This document shows positions 41,042-53,432 of a stretch of 64,000 nucleotides of DNA, one piece after another; the first letter of the stretch is position 1; the number at the start of each line of letters is the position of its first letter. The notes beneath the pieces were generated by a model. That model saw nothing but the letters and a program-made list of their open reading frames with translations, ran no database searches and was not told where the DNA came from. Origin of the DNA: Sphyrna mokarran (lineage: Eukaryota); assembly GCA_024679065.1 (NCBI GenBank), contig JAGIQG010000040.1:9920001-9984000 (forward strand), written 5' to 3'. Position numbers and translations under genes: made by a program.

Positions 41042-41180
41042 CTGTAAAAGAAAGACACAATATTGGAGCGGATGTTTATGATGTGAGGCATTAATGATGG
41101 AGTTTTTAATCAGTGAAACATTGAGAGATTTTCAATTCCATTCTTCCAGTTTGAAATGTGAATGAATTGAATCATTTCAC

Positions 41181-41308
41181 CTTCACCAGAGTGACTGCAG
41201 TGCTGTAGGACATGCTCAGGATGAACAAAACGATGAATGTGGAAGCAGTTGTCCAGATGTTGTTGTTATCATCCTCATTATCGTCAATCCAGATGTGATT
41301 GGTAAAGT
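41181..41308 (-). CDS. IGHM: IgM TM1 exon ([43 protein letters not shown])
   Basis: cccctag acceptor in phase with the CH4 internal donor; acidic spacer and conserved antigen-receptor TM residues (WTTASTF...LS..YS..VT). Missed by the ORF track. Confidence 0.95.
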
Positions 41309-41779
41309 CTAGGGGTGGAGACCAGGAAATGAAATTAGATTGCTTTATTGATCCCGGGAATTTCTATTTTTTTCTTTCCTCGTTCTCCTTCATAAGCTGT
41401 TAATATATTCTCTGTATAATTTTCAATATATATCTACTGTTCAGGACACTCAGTAACTGATCTCCGTAACTATTTTCACAGCTGATCTTTCTTTACATTC
41501 CTTACATTTACATTACAGTCCGTGTCAGAAGGAATGAGGATGTTTTCTTGAGTGTCCGTTCATTTTTGAATATTTCATAACATTGAAGAATGTTATGACT
41601 GATATGGAGGAACGTTCACCGATCAATGATTATTTTTACAGATTGTTATTGATCTGTAAACTGTGAATGCTGCTGTTTAGGAGCCGGGATGCAATTTCCT
41701 ATCTTTTCTCATTGATGGTGGAAATGTTCAGTAGATCATTAGCTTAAATTTAGTTTCTCAACGAATTTATCGGTGCAAT

Positions 41780-43073
41780 TTGCGTTTGTGTGCATATGAA
41801 TGAGCATCTCGTGGTCTGCATTAACCCTTGCTCCTGCGTTAATTTTTGTGCATGAGGGTGAATGAACGTGTTCATTTTCTTGTGCTTGTTGATTTGTGTT
41901 GTTGTATGTCTGCGTCTGTGTATATTTTATTCGGCTGAAATTATGGATGCATGGTTTTTATTGTGTGAAGTCTGTAGATATTTACTAATGCGACTCACAA
42001 TATATGCATGTGTTCATGACTATTTTAATATGTTCATTTCTGTCACACGAGGATGATTTTCTCCCATTCTGTGTGAGCCTGTCCCTCTGTCTTTTTATGT
42101 GCATGTCTGTTAACATGTTGGTGCCTGTATATCTGTGTTGATAGTTCTTCATAACGCTGTGTTGATCTATGTTTGTGTTTCCGTGTGTAGCAATGTGTGC
42201 TATGGCGTTCTGTTCTGTATGAGCATGGTAATGTTTTGTGTGTAAAAGTTTGAATCTGGCCATCTATCTGCCCTCTGTTAATATGTTTATATGTATTTTC
42301 CATGTTTGAGTGTTAATGTGTAGAACATCACGTGTCTCTGTATCTGTATTCCTGTCAGTGTGAACATCTGAAACATGTATTGATCTGAGTATATGTATGT
42401 GTTTGTGTATGCATGTGGACCTGCATGTATGCGCTTCCCTCTGTAATGTAAATATGCATGTATCTGTTTAAGCTTGGATCTGTGTACCTATTTGCATATC
42501 TTTATGCATGTGTTGTACTTGTGTGTTTGCATTTCTATGTGTGTGTGTGTGTGGGTATACATATTTGATTATTTGCGTTCATGCTGTTTTTCTGCCTGTT
42601 TGTACAAGTGTATGTCAATGAGTGCATGTGCGTGTGCGTGTGTGTGTGTGTGTCTGGTGAGAGAGAGAATGAATGTATTTGTGCCTCTGTGTATTTGTGC
42701 ATGAAAGTATTTGTGTCAGAGTATATTTGTGTATGTGTGTATTTTTGTTCGCAAACGTGTTGACCATGAGTGTATTTGCATGAGTGTGCTTGTTTGTGCA
42801 TGTCTTGCATGAACTTATGATGTATGAATCCATATTGTATGCATACATGTTTCTCTGTGTTTTTGTGCATGTATTTATGTGTGTTGTGCACTTGTGTGCT
42901 TTTGTGTTTGCATTTGAATGTGCTTGCCCGGTTTTCTGTGTATGTATGTGTGTGGGGGTGGGTTGGAATGTGCTTGCGATTATGTGTATTTACTTGTGTC
43001 TTTCTGCCTTGGAGTGCATATGTGTGCGTATATGTATTTGTGTGAATATTTATGCATTTATGGCGATACGTGT

Positions 43074-43110
<37 letters not shown>

Positions 43111-43200
43111 TTGGGGGGGGTGGGGCGCGTGCGCATGTCTATGTGTGTACTTATAGTTATGACACTTCTGTGCAGTATTGTCAGTGTGTGTATTTTTTTA
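41780..43200 (+). repeat. TG-rich low-complexity tract with (TG)n runs in the CH4-TM intron
   Basis: Visible directly; accounts for the Cys/Val- and His/Thr-rich ORFs. Confidence 0.85.
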
Positions 43201-44181
43201 ACTGTTGCTCCATGTTTTACTGCAATCATTAACTGAACATGATCCAAACTATACGAATAATTAACTATATATTTTCAGTGTTTGCTGCATGAATTTATTT
43301 TATATGAGCGCCGCGGTGACATCAGGAGAGCGAATGAAATAATTCATTAATGCATCGCAGAAATCCAGGAACAGACAAGTGAAAATTGGTGAGGATTCTG
43401 TTATTTGTTTAAATTTGTATCATGGAAAATCAATGCCAAAACATTTTAACAGAAACAACAACATTGAAACATGTTTAAATTATGTTGCACAAGTATATAT
43501 GTATTACAATGATTAAAGTAATGACATTTCAGCACGTGGAGCAAGTGAACCGGGAGCTAATTTGTATTGTTGGGTGCTTATAGTAGTCATTTACTTCCAA
43601 ACACGCTACTTGGGGAGAAAGAAACCATAGTTTCCCTCCCTCTACCGGGAAAGCAATGTCCCTGATGGTTCTAACCACTGAGAAAGTGGAGGTAGAGTGG
43701 ATTAAACGCGCCTCCTCTTTTCATTGAGGAAGTTGAGGTACATGGGTTAGCTACTGCTCTTCCCCTCTCTTCATGGAAGAATAGGAATCCGGTATGCTAA
43801 CAATTTCACTCTCCCTCTGTCTGATGGGGGGATTGTTACTCCATGTTTCTGTGTGACCTCAGTTCAGTTCTCAATGGGTGTGGTGCAGCAGCTTAGCGCT
43901 GGCAATAATGGATAAAGGTATGGGAAGTGGGAGAAGTAGGAACACCGAGATCTAAATGAAGTGTTGAAATTGTTGGATCATTCCTCAACGGGAGGAAAGT
44001 TGATAAAGATATTTTGCAGAATCCTATAATGAATGTGATCTACTCCGTCTCTAACCCAGAGTCTACCTGAGCAGGGCGCACTGGTTTAACAAGACTTGTG
44101 CCCGAAACTGAAAATATCTGACACAAAACAAAGACAAGTAATGGAAGTAAAACTGAAAACTGAAAAGTAAGCAATTGGATA

Positions 44182-44187
44182 TTTAAT
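44182..44187 (-). terminator. Candidate secretory poly(A) signal ATTAAA
   Basis: ~65 nt after the tailpiece stop, followed by a T/GT-rich tract on the sense strand. No AATAAA seen nearby; an AATGAA variant lies at 44209-44214. Confidence 0.5.
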
Positions 44188-44250
44188 TTACCGTTAGGGG
44201 AAAAATATTTCATTCTTTTTGTTGAAGTTTTTGATGTAACCGAGTGATTC

Positions 44251-44642
44251 TCAATCACATGGCTTAACAATGCTCATCAGTGCAAGGGAAATGTCCACAA
44301 AACTGGGTTTACCGCTGGATTTGTCAACTGTTCTGTTGCTGAACTTCACGGGGATAGCTTCATGTCCCACCACACAGGAGTAAGAAGCGCCGCTGGACCA
44401 TTCCTCTGCTTCAATGGATAACAGGCTGTACATGAAGAAGGAGTTATTGCCGTTCTCCGCCACCACTTCGGTGTTGCAGTAGTTCCCGGGATTCACCGGC
44501 TTGTCGTTGACAGTCCACTTGACGAAGATCTCTCGGGGGGAGAAACCTCTCACTAAGCAGCTGAGGGAGATGAATCTCTGAGCGGAGACTTCTTCTGCCG
44601 AGGGCAGGAGGACAGAGACCAACGGTTCCCGTGGATTTGGAT
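44251..44642 (-). CDS. IGHM: IgM CH4 exon plus secretory tailpiece ([20 protein letters not shown]); internal membrane donor at 44313|44312
   Basis: ctgcag acceptor; YSCVVGHEA motif; internal donor AGCG|GTAAAC; penultimate Cys then TGA. Confidence 0.96.
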
Positions 44643-45134
44643 CTGCAGAAAATGTACAATAAATGTCAATAAACTGGCGAATTCTGGAGACAATGAAAGC
44701 GCTAGTTAGATATCAGGAAAATATGCTACAATTTCGATTATAAAATTTTCCATTTTTGACTTCCAACTTGGAGGAGTGGTGATCATAGTCATTTTCTCAA
44801 ATAACGCGGGGATTGGACTGGAAAGTTTCAGAAACTTTACAGCACAGAATCACGTTATTCGGCCCAACTGATCTACTTTTAGTTTTAGTTTTTTTTTGTT
44901 TTTTATGTTCCAGATCAGTCTCCTCCCTCCTTATTCGATTTAAACCGAATAACATCGTCTTCAGTTGACTTTTCATTCATCAATACATCAATTTTCTTCA
45001 TAACAATATCCATAGACCCAGAGTGTTTAGTTAATCGAGTTTCCATTTAGAGGAGACCATTATTGCTTTGAATGCTAAATATTGACCACTACACGACACA
45101 GTAACACATGTATTGTCTCAATCTCTCAGCTCAC

Positions 45135-45443
45135 CTGTTTCCTTATGGATGGATTTTCTTAAAGGAGTCGGCAGATCCTGATGGCTCACCACGCACTCAA
45201 ACACAACCGCGCTCAGCCAGGCTTGTGTCGAGATGTTTAATTTGCTGATCACGCTGTCAGCATCAGTTCTTGGCTTTTTGGCAATCTCTGATTTCAAATA
45301 CTTCCTGTCTCGGATCCAGGACACGTTAACTGCATAAGGAACATTGGAAATGATGCAGGTTAAAGTCACTGTCGCCTCCAGTAAGACCTGCTCTATTGGT
45401 GGTGGCTGTATCGTCACTGTGGAATTATGGCACTGGGAAGGAT
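45135..45443 (-). CDS. IGHM: IgM CH3 exon ([30 protein letters not shown]...[22 protein letters not shown])
   Basis: ttcacag acceptor, G|GTGAG donor, 309 bp phase 1/1. Confidence 0.96.
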
Positions 45444-46349
45444 CTGTGAATGAAAAATGAAAATGAACCTGAGTTCCCCTTCAGCAGGACAACAGTCTTC
45501 AGCCTGAAGAAGACGAATTCACCTTCAATATATTATTTACCTATCGCCTTTCAACCTCCATGGCAAACAGAAAACCAACTTCCTCTATGAATTATTCCCT
45601 GAATTAAACATTGTTGCTACCGTACCATTTCCGTGAATCAGCATTGCAGAATTCCCAAAGAAAAAACACCATCCTCAACTCTGAGAATAAGTACTGGACG
45701 TTGGTTTATAAATAGGGTGGATGCACTTTCCAATATTTTACTCCTATGCAGTGAACTATGAAACAGTCCACTACCGACTGTCTCTCCAAATCTTACCAAC
45801 TGTCTCAGGAAAAAGTTGACATCAAGGCCACCTCGTTCATTGTATTACTCGAAACCGGAAGGGAGCTCTCTCTCAAGGGGAGAAAATGGCATATGGTGTT
45901 GTCAATGAACTTTGCAAGCTAGAGCAAGACTCGAATCTCATCATTGCAAATATGAAATTTGCATTTTATAACAATCTATAATTAAAAGTGGAAATGGTTA
46001 TCATGAAGCCATTGCTGTAAAACCCCTCCAAGTTCACAAATGCTCCTTGGCAAAATAAACCTGCTGCCTTTGTCTGGCTGGCATGCATGTGACTCCAGAT
46101 TCACAGCAAAGTGGTTGACACTTAAGTGCCCCCAGGTTTGGGAAATAAATGCACATCCCTTGAAAGAATAACGAACAATTGCTTTTCTCGTGAAATTCTG
46201 AATGAGGCAGTGTCCTAAAGCAGCAAACTGCATGACAATAACTTAGAAGCAAATGATATGAAGTTGTATGTGTTGTATCAACTTTAATAGATCCCTAATT
46301 CCGATTGACATCGGAATGATATATTTTGTCCTTTGTTTGAGTCTCTTAC

Positions 46350-46661
46350 CCTGAGATGCGCTGATGTTCTGACTCTGAGTGAATCCTTCATGAGTGACCT
46401 GGCAGGTATAGACCGCTCTGCTGAACCATTCCCCAGCAGAGACTGTCAGCCGACTGCTGGCCGAGAAGTTCCCGTTCACTTCACAGTTGGGACTGGTGAC
46501 AATTCCTGAATTCATGTGTTGTTCATTCTTCAGCCACTTCACTGTCATTGATTTTGGCTGGAAATCGAGGATTGAACAGACGATGGTTGCTAATTTGCTG
46601 CTTGAAATTTCTTCACTGGAACTCACGGTGAGGATAACAGTTGGATGGACAACTTTAGGAC
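46350..46661 (-). CDS. IGHM: IgM CH2 exon ([18 protein letters not shown]...[20 protein letters not shown])
   Basis: AG/GT bounded, 312 bp phase 1/1, shark Cmu2-like. Confidence 0.96.
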
Positions 46662-46872
46662 CTTCAGTAAAATAAAAAGTGTTAGTCATTTCTTGCAGAA
46701 GATGTGGATCAATTAAACGTTTGTTTATATTAGTAACTCATTTGGAGTCAATAGACACTAACTGGAACAATACAGGGGGTCAGATTAGGCACAAGTATTT
46801 AAATGAGTTATAACCAAGACCCTACATGTTAACCACAGTGTTTCTGTTTTACACAAGCTGCACAACACTTAC

Positions 46873-47172
46873 ATGGCATTTCAACGCTCTTGACCAAGCT
46901 ACTGTGTTGAACCTCACAGTCAATTTTGGGGCATTCTCCCTCTGAGTGGCCGATGGTTAACTGGCTGCTCAGGGTGTACGTTCCCTTCGTGTTTCTCACT
47001 GATGGGTAAGTCTTAAACCCAGTGGTGATCTGCTGCCCATTTTTCTTCCAGGTCAGTTTGGAGACATCTGGAGAGTAGTCCATCGCCAAGCATCCGTAGG
47101 TGATGAAACCGTCAGAATTTTGTTGCTGACAGGAGGAGACCAGGCTGTAGACAGTGAGCAGAGATGGTGTTG
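46873..47172 (-). CDS. IGHM: IgM CH1 exon ([15 protein letters not shown]...[10 protein letters not shown]...KSVEMP)
   Basis: tttctcag acceptor, GTAAGT donor, 300 bp phase 1/1; Ig C1-set Cys/Trp; closely resembles shark Cmu1. Confidence 0.96.
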
Positions 47173-48169
47173 CTGAGAAAGAATAGTCGATTGAACAAGT
47201 TAGACTCTTATTTGTGTTTATTAAGTCATCAAACCTTTTGTTACAAATATGTTTCTATATTATATATAGCTCTTGGTGTTAAAGAGATGAAGGGATTTAG
47301 GTGGTAGATATGATCAGGATATTGATGCGCTCTGACCAAAGTGAATGGTGGAGTAGGCTCAAAGGGCCGAATGGCCTACTCCAGCTTCTATTTTCTATGC
47401 TTCTATCTCGAACATTGATTAGAATTATGATTTTTTTCCGAATATTTCCCGATTAAATCTTCCATCCATCTTTGAGACAATGTTACTCCTATCATTTGGG
47501 AATCGTCATCTCTGTAGAAACTCATATCCCCGTCTCCACCTCTATCAAATTAGAAAGATAAAATAAACATTCTGTTAGGCTCAAAATGACATGTCATTCA
47601 TTGGATTAACAGAGAAGCGCAAAGATTTTCTCCATTATTGCAGCAACCATTTATTTCTCAACAACAGCAGTGTGTGATGAACGGCTATTTCTTTTTCAAA
47701 ACAACACTGTGATGAAGAAGTTGTGTCCTCATTCATATCATCCACTCACATGACGAGGGAACTCCAAAAGTTCATCATTCCAAATAAACCTATTGATCTT
47801 TAACCTGATGTTGTGAGATTCTTTACTGTGTCCACATCAACATAACATTGGCATCTCCACACTAATTTTGGGAATTTTCTTTGTTCAAACTGACTGATGC
47901 CCCTTCCTCTCTCCAACTTACTACCTTTCACTCAACAAAACGATGATTAGTGACTTTGCTTCAAAAATACCTTCGGAATGAATACTTACTGAATGACTAG
48001 GAAACTCTAAATGTGATTATAAATTCAAATAAATGCAACATTAACTAATTGAAGGATCATACATTAATAGCAAGAGTTGGCCATTCGGGTCCTGATGTCT
48101 CCTCCATCATTCACCGAGATTACAGATGAGCTTATTGTGGTGACAGCTCTATTTTGAACCCCGACACTC

Positions 48170-48590
48170 CGCCCATCCATCACTCGCTCTCTGCCTATTT
48201 TTCCCAGTTCTTTGCCCTTTCCCCTGGTTCTCTGACTTTCACGGTGGCTCTTTTCCCCTTTCATCCAGTTCTATATATTTCCACTTGGCTCTCTAGACTT
48301 CCTTCCAGCTCTATGCCCTTTCCCCCGGCTCTCTGCTCTTTCCTCAGCCCCCCACGCTTTCCCTCAGCACTCTGCCCTCTGTTCCTGCTCGCTACCCTCT
48401 CTCTCCTTTCCCTGAGCTCTCTGACCTTTCCCCCTGACCCTCCTGCCCATTCCCCCTGGGCTCTCTGTCCTTTCCCTCGGCTCTTTGGCCTTTCTCCTGC
48501 ATCCCTACTTCCTTGCCTTTCTCTTGGTTCTCTGCCCTTTCCATGATTTTTCTGCCTTTCCCCCATCTCTCTGTCCTTTCTCTCGGCACA
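48170..48590 (-). repeat. Purine/G-rich tract on the sense strand of the J-C intron
   Basis: The plus strand is almost all C/T with C runs. Confidence 0.8.
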
Positions 48591-49812
48591 TTCAGTCTGG
48601 AAAAGCACACTCACTCCACACACACTCACCCACTCACACAATAAGTGGGAGTGACATGTGAGCGCAGTACAGACTGGGGCCAAGGGTTGGAAAACCATTT
48701 AAATATTTCACAAGTCAGTCGCAATTGAATAATTTCCTCTTTCCACAATGAGAAAAACTTGTAAAATCTCACGCAATCTGACACAATCCAGGGTAAAGCC
48801 ACCCACAAGATTACTCACCCCCCCCATTCACCCTATTCACTCTCGTCATCACTAACAAGCAGTGCCAACAGTGTGTATTATGTACAACATGTATTGCAGC
48901 AATTCACCAAGGCTCCATAGAATACACTGCCCAAATCCGCTGCCTCGACATCCCAACAGGACAAGGGCAGCAACCACAGATGAACACTATCATCTGCGAG
49001 CTCCCCTCCAAAACACACACCATCCTGACGTGAAACAATATCTCAGTTCATTCACAGTCGCTGGGTCAAAATCCTGGAACTTCCTCCCTTACAGCAGGGC
49101 GGATGCCTGTAGCATATGGACTGAATTCATTCAAGGATACTTCATATCAACAAGGAACAATTAGGGAAGATTAAAATTTCTGGCCGAGCAAATGTCTCTA
49201 AAATGCCTTTAGAAGATTAAAAATAAGATGCAAATGAATTTGACCCTTCAACTGTCATACTAAACAGGTCAAGGGCTGCTGTAGCATGGAGCACAACATA
49301 GTAAATCTCATTTTGTATTCGTTCACCGAACATTCCTATGGCCGGTTCATCGCTGCTTAAAAATCATTCAATTCTCCCTCTAAAGTCTAAAGGTTCTGCT
49401 CTCTCTGATGTTCAGAATATATTTTAGGGATCCCATTTCTGAGACAGCGAGTCAAACATCAAGTGAAACCGTCACATTTCTCACACATACAAGTGTATTC
49501 AAGAAATAAATCAATTTTCACTCCAATTTACAACCAGTCAGGCAGATTCCTGGTCCCGACATAGTGACCACACGCATAGACACACAACAGACACAAACGG
49601 TGCAACGATCAAGTTCCTAGCAGGTTGATCTGTTCAACCTGTAAATTTCATTCAAATTCTTGGATTCTCATTGATCAATGGTCAACGTACAACAACAGAA
49701 AACCAATAACCTATTTTTAATTAAACTGATATTCATTTGAAAACCCCCTTCGACTTTTAATTATTTATCTCTGTTTGCTGAAAATGAACAAACAATAACA
49801 GATTCAGGACAT

Positions 49813-49929
49813 TTCAATGTCCCTAACAGAGATGCAGTGACACAGTAACAGTTCAATGTCCATAAAAGAGATGCAGTGACGCAGTAACAGTTCACTGTCC
49901 CTAACAGAGATGCAGTGATACAATAAGAA
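49813..49929 (+). repeat. 39-bp tandem repeat x3 (ttcaatgtccctaacagagatgcagtgacacagtaacag)
   Basis: Three consecutive copies; a related single copy at ~51191-51226. Confidence 0.9.
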
Positions 49930-52900
49930 TTAAACTAACCAAGAAACATTTACATTGAAAATAATTACCTGATTTGATCTAATTTCTTAATTAAATGTAG
50001 TAATAAAATAATCAAGACAATACACTTTATCGAGATGAGTGTAGGTGAGTGAAGAAACGTTTTGTTTCTGAATACCTTTTTGGACGCAATTAAAAATTCT
50101 CTAAAACGGATGATATTTTACAGGCTGGTGCACTATTTAAGGTCTTTTGTTTTAGTTAATTAGCACCAATATTATATTTCGTCATTGTTAATGAGCAGTT
50201 AGTTCTCCTGCGACTGATTTGTACTCCGTAATAAAATCAGTTTTCAATCATTCAAAATTTGTCTTTGTCTCGCATTAGGTTCCAAATAATTCTTAAATTA
50301 TAAACTTCAAATTACTGAATGGAAATATTCAGACATCTGTAATTCATTTGTTTAAATCAAACCACCTTGTAATATTTTTCGTTTGCACTTTTTGTCCAAA
50401 TGTCTAATTATAAACTACAAACGTATTAAAAATGCATGCTTCTGCATTTGGATTTGTTGTAACGGTCTGCCAGTTTGAGATCAACGAAACTGCTTCTTAG
50501 ATTTAATAATTTAAACCATCCATATAATTTAATTACTGAACATATTGTTTAATTTAAGAAGATCTGAATTAAACAATGAAAAATTCAGAGAGGACAATTG
50601 ATTCAAATCCTCTGCGACATTTAAACATGATGCACAAAATAATTCGAGACTTTTGCTTCAATTTCTTATTAAATTTGCTCATTTGATAAGAATTAAACAT
50701 AATGCTCAAGTAGAATCAGTCCTTCTATTCTGTCATTTATTCATCCAATAATTTTATTCCGTTTTCAGCAGTAATTGAGATATGATGTTATTATCAAGCG
50801 CAGAGCAGATAATACTTTTTTGATTATTTTATATAAATCAATCTTTTTGCATTTCAAATGTTAACTTGTCAATCTCTAGCCAGTTTCTGTTGACACCTTA
50901 CGACAATTCAAACACCATTATATGAACAACTGTTTAGTGTTAGCGAATTCCATCTGTCAGAAAACTATGTTCAGTCTGTCAAGTTTATTCAACCTGTGGG
51001 ATTCTAATTGATCGACTGTCATATTAGAGCAACAAAAATCAATACCTTATTTCAAAGTAAACTCGTTCATTTCAAAATTCCCTCGGAATTTTAACTACCT
51101 CTCCCTGTCTGTCTCAAATCTCGAAAACTGGGCAGAAATACTTTTTTTCTGAAAATCAGCACATCAAATGTAATAGATTCACGGTAGTATAATGTCCCTC
51201 AGAGATATAGTGACGCAATAAGAATTGTAATTCGTAATTTGTTTTAAGCTGTAAGCATCCGTTAATATGAATAAAATACTCTAACATATATTTATTTAAT
51301 TGTTTATTTTCCGAAACCTGTTTGTTTTATCCTGACAAGGATTTTTCATTTAGCTGGAAAAAGTGTAACCGCTCAGGATCACCGAGCTTAAAAAATACAG
51401 AATCAATTGAGAAACACGAAAACATTTCACAAATTTTCAGATGACATGAGTGATTAATTACCTCGAGATCCAACTACAAATGAATTGGAAGGAATATTGC
51501 GCCTGCACAGAAAGAATGCAATAATCGGACAACAAATTGCCAAATAGCAACGTCTTATTCTCCAAAATTCATATTGAAGTGAATGCAAACTTCATCGGGA
51601 TATAACAATTAATGCAAAGTGTCTTGATGAGCTGAGCGCTGCTGTACAAACAGTTTATTATCATTGAAATAATTCCTGGAATTATCACAAAATATTTCCA
51701 GCCTAAAAACATTTCTGTTCATGCAAACCACGGCAGAACAATTAGGAGGGATTAATGAATAATGACATTAATACAAAAGAATCTTTGGTGAATATGGAGA
51801 TATTTACTAATTAAAAATATTTAATACATATTAATTTTACAATTAAATTCGTGAATGAGAAGTCTGTAGTTGCGGCGACGACTTACTCTCCGAATGAACG
51901 TTGTTTGTCATGATTTATTTAATTTGTAAATGTTAATTAAAATTTATTTTAAAAATGCTATGATACCTTTATTTTTTCCAAAACCCGCCTATTTTCTCCC
52001 TACAAGGATTTTCAAACTCAGATTGAAACTCAGAGATCCGCTCAGTGCCACAGAGTTTAAATAATGCAGAAACACAAAACCATTTCACACATTTTACATT
52101 CATATTGATCGAACCACAGAACCTCCTCAACAGAAACACAGCAGAACACAATGAGGGAATCAATCCGTTTCACGGGGACGCATCTCAATTATCTATTCAA
52201 CAAAATCCAAAATGTCATTGCAAGAAAATCTCAACATACAATCCGGAAAACCAGCTCGTCACCAAATATGTGAATGACTAAATTAAACAAAATTAAATAA
52301 GAGCAATAGCATTGCGTGGAGGTGGAATATGTCCAACAAATTAACATTGAAACTTTACCATATTTTGTTCATGTTGGGTCATATTTCAAACAGATTTCAA
52401 ACATATTTAACATTTGGTTAGTAAAAGGTGCAGCTATCTGGTACTACCGAGGTAAAACATTGCATGTATCTCAAATTGTGAATGCAGTGGCAAACTATGT
52501 TTTGGACGAGTGGCATAAACCGTGGTTTGGTTTAACCAGCAATTATCGGTTACGATTTTAATATATAACTACAATAAAGCCTGCCTGATTTCTGTGTGCA
52601 AGCACACGTCAAATCGTTAAAAACTTGCAGACTTTGTATTCAATCACAAAGCGTACCACAGATCAGATCATGGAGTGTCAGCAATGCAGAATCGCCAAAC
52701 TATTTCATAAATTTTACTTCTAGAAAGTCACCCAGACAGACAATCTCCTCACAAGAAAAATGCTTGACTGAGGGTCTGAACCGCGGTTCATGCAGAAGCA
52801 GCTCAATTCTACAAACAGTTTCAACAGAATCAAATTCTACATTGGCAAAAAAATTACAATTTAAAATCCAGCCAAACCGCCCATCACTAAAGTAACTAAT

Positions 52901-53351
52901 AATTAAACTGAACGTAACAATAACATAACAAAACCACCATTGAGATGAAGCGGAACGTGTTTATGACATTAATGCAGTAACTTTAACACATTTTGTTAAG
53001 ATTGGGTTAGATTTCAAACACTTGTACAATAGATGGTGCAACTCGCAGCCACTAGATGTCACTGAGATTAAACATTTCAGAAACGCCGAACTGTTTAACG
53101 AAAGAAAGACATTTGAAGTAACCCGGCCAAACAATGTCCTTAGCAGGTAAACAACAAATCACAACAAGGGACTGAATCAACCTTTTGTCAATTAACAATA
53201 AATTATTTAACATCTATTTTAAGCAGAATCACATGAAACATTGTAAAGATTTTCAGCACAGAATCCACCAAACCACATTTCAGTGAACATGTGAATTAAT
53301 AAAATTGAGATAAATATAAAACAAAAACTCAAATAAACGCATGGTTCTTAC

Positions 53352-53393
53352 CTGCAGTCACCATGGTCCCTTGCGCCCAGTACTGCATAACGT
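53352..53393 (-). CDS. IGHJ: JH segment (VMQYWAQGTMVTA, phase-1 donor G|GTAAG)
   Basis: J-like W-x-Q-G-T-M-V-T motif, preceded by a 23-RSS and followed by a splice donor. Confidence 0.93.
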
Positions 53394-53432
53394 CACAGTG
53401 TCACATTCTTTAGGCTGGGTCATATAATAACC
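53394..53432 (+). other. JH 23-RSS (CACAGTG-23 bp-ATAATAACC)
   Basis: Perfect heptamer abutting the J coding start; spacer counted as 23 bp. Confidence 0.9.

Noticed and set aside
41862-43247. Many Cys/Val- or His/Thr-rich ORFs
   Set aside because: Artefacts of the TG-rich intronic tract.
40078-49235. Scattered octamers (40078, 42490, 42774, 45957, 49228) as proof of an enhancer
   Set aside because: A few hits are expected by chance in 64 kb of AT-rich DNA; used only as weak support.
49813-49929. CRISPR-like array
   Set aside because: Units are contiguous with no unique spacers, in a vertebrate context.
52777-52790. 14-bp palindrome tgaaccgcggttca in the J-C intron
   Set aside because: Isolated; cannot be distinguished from chance without conservation data.
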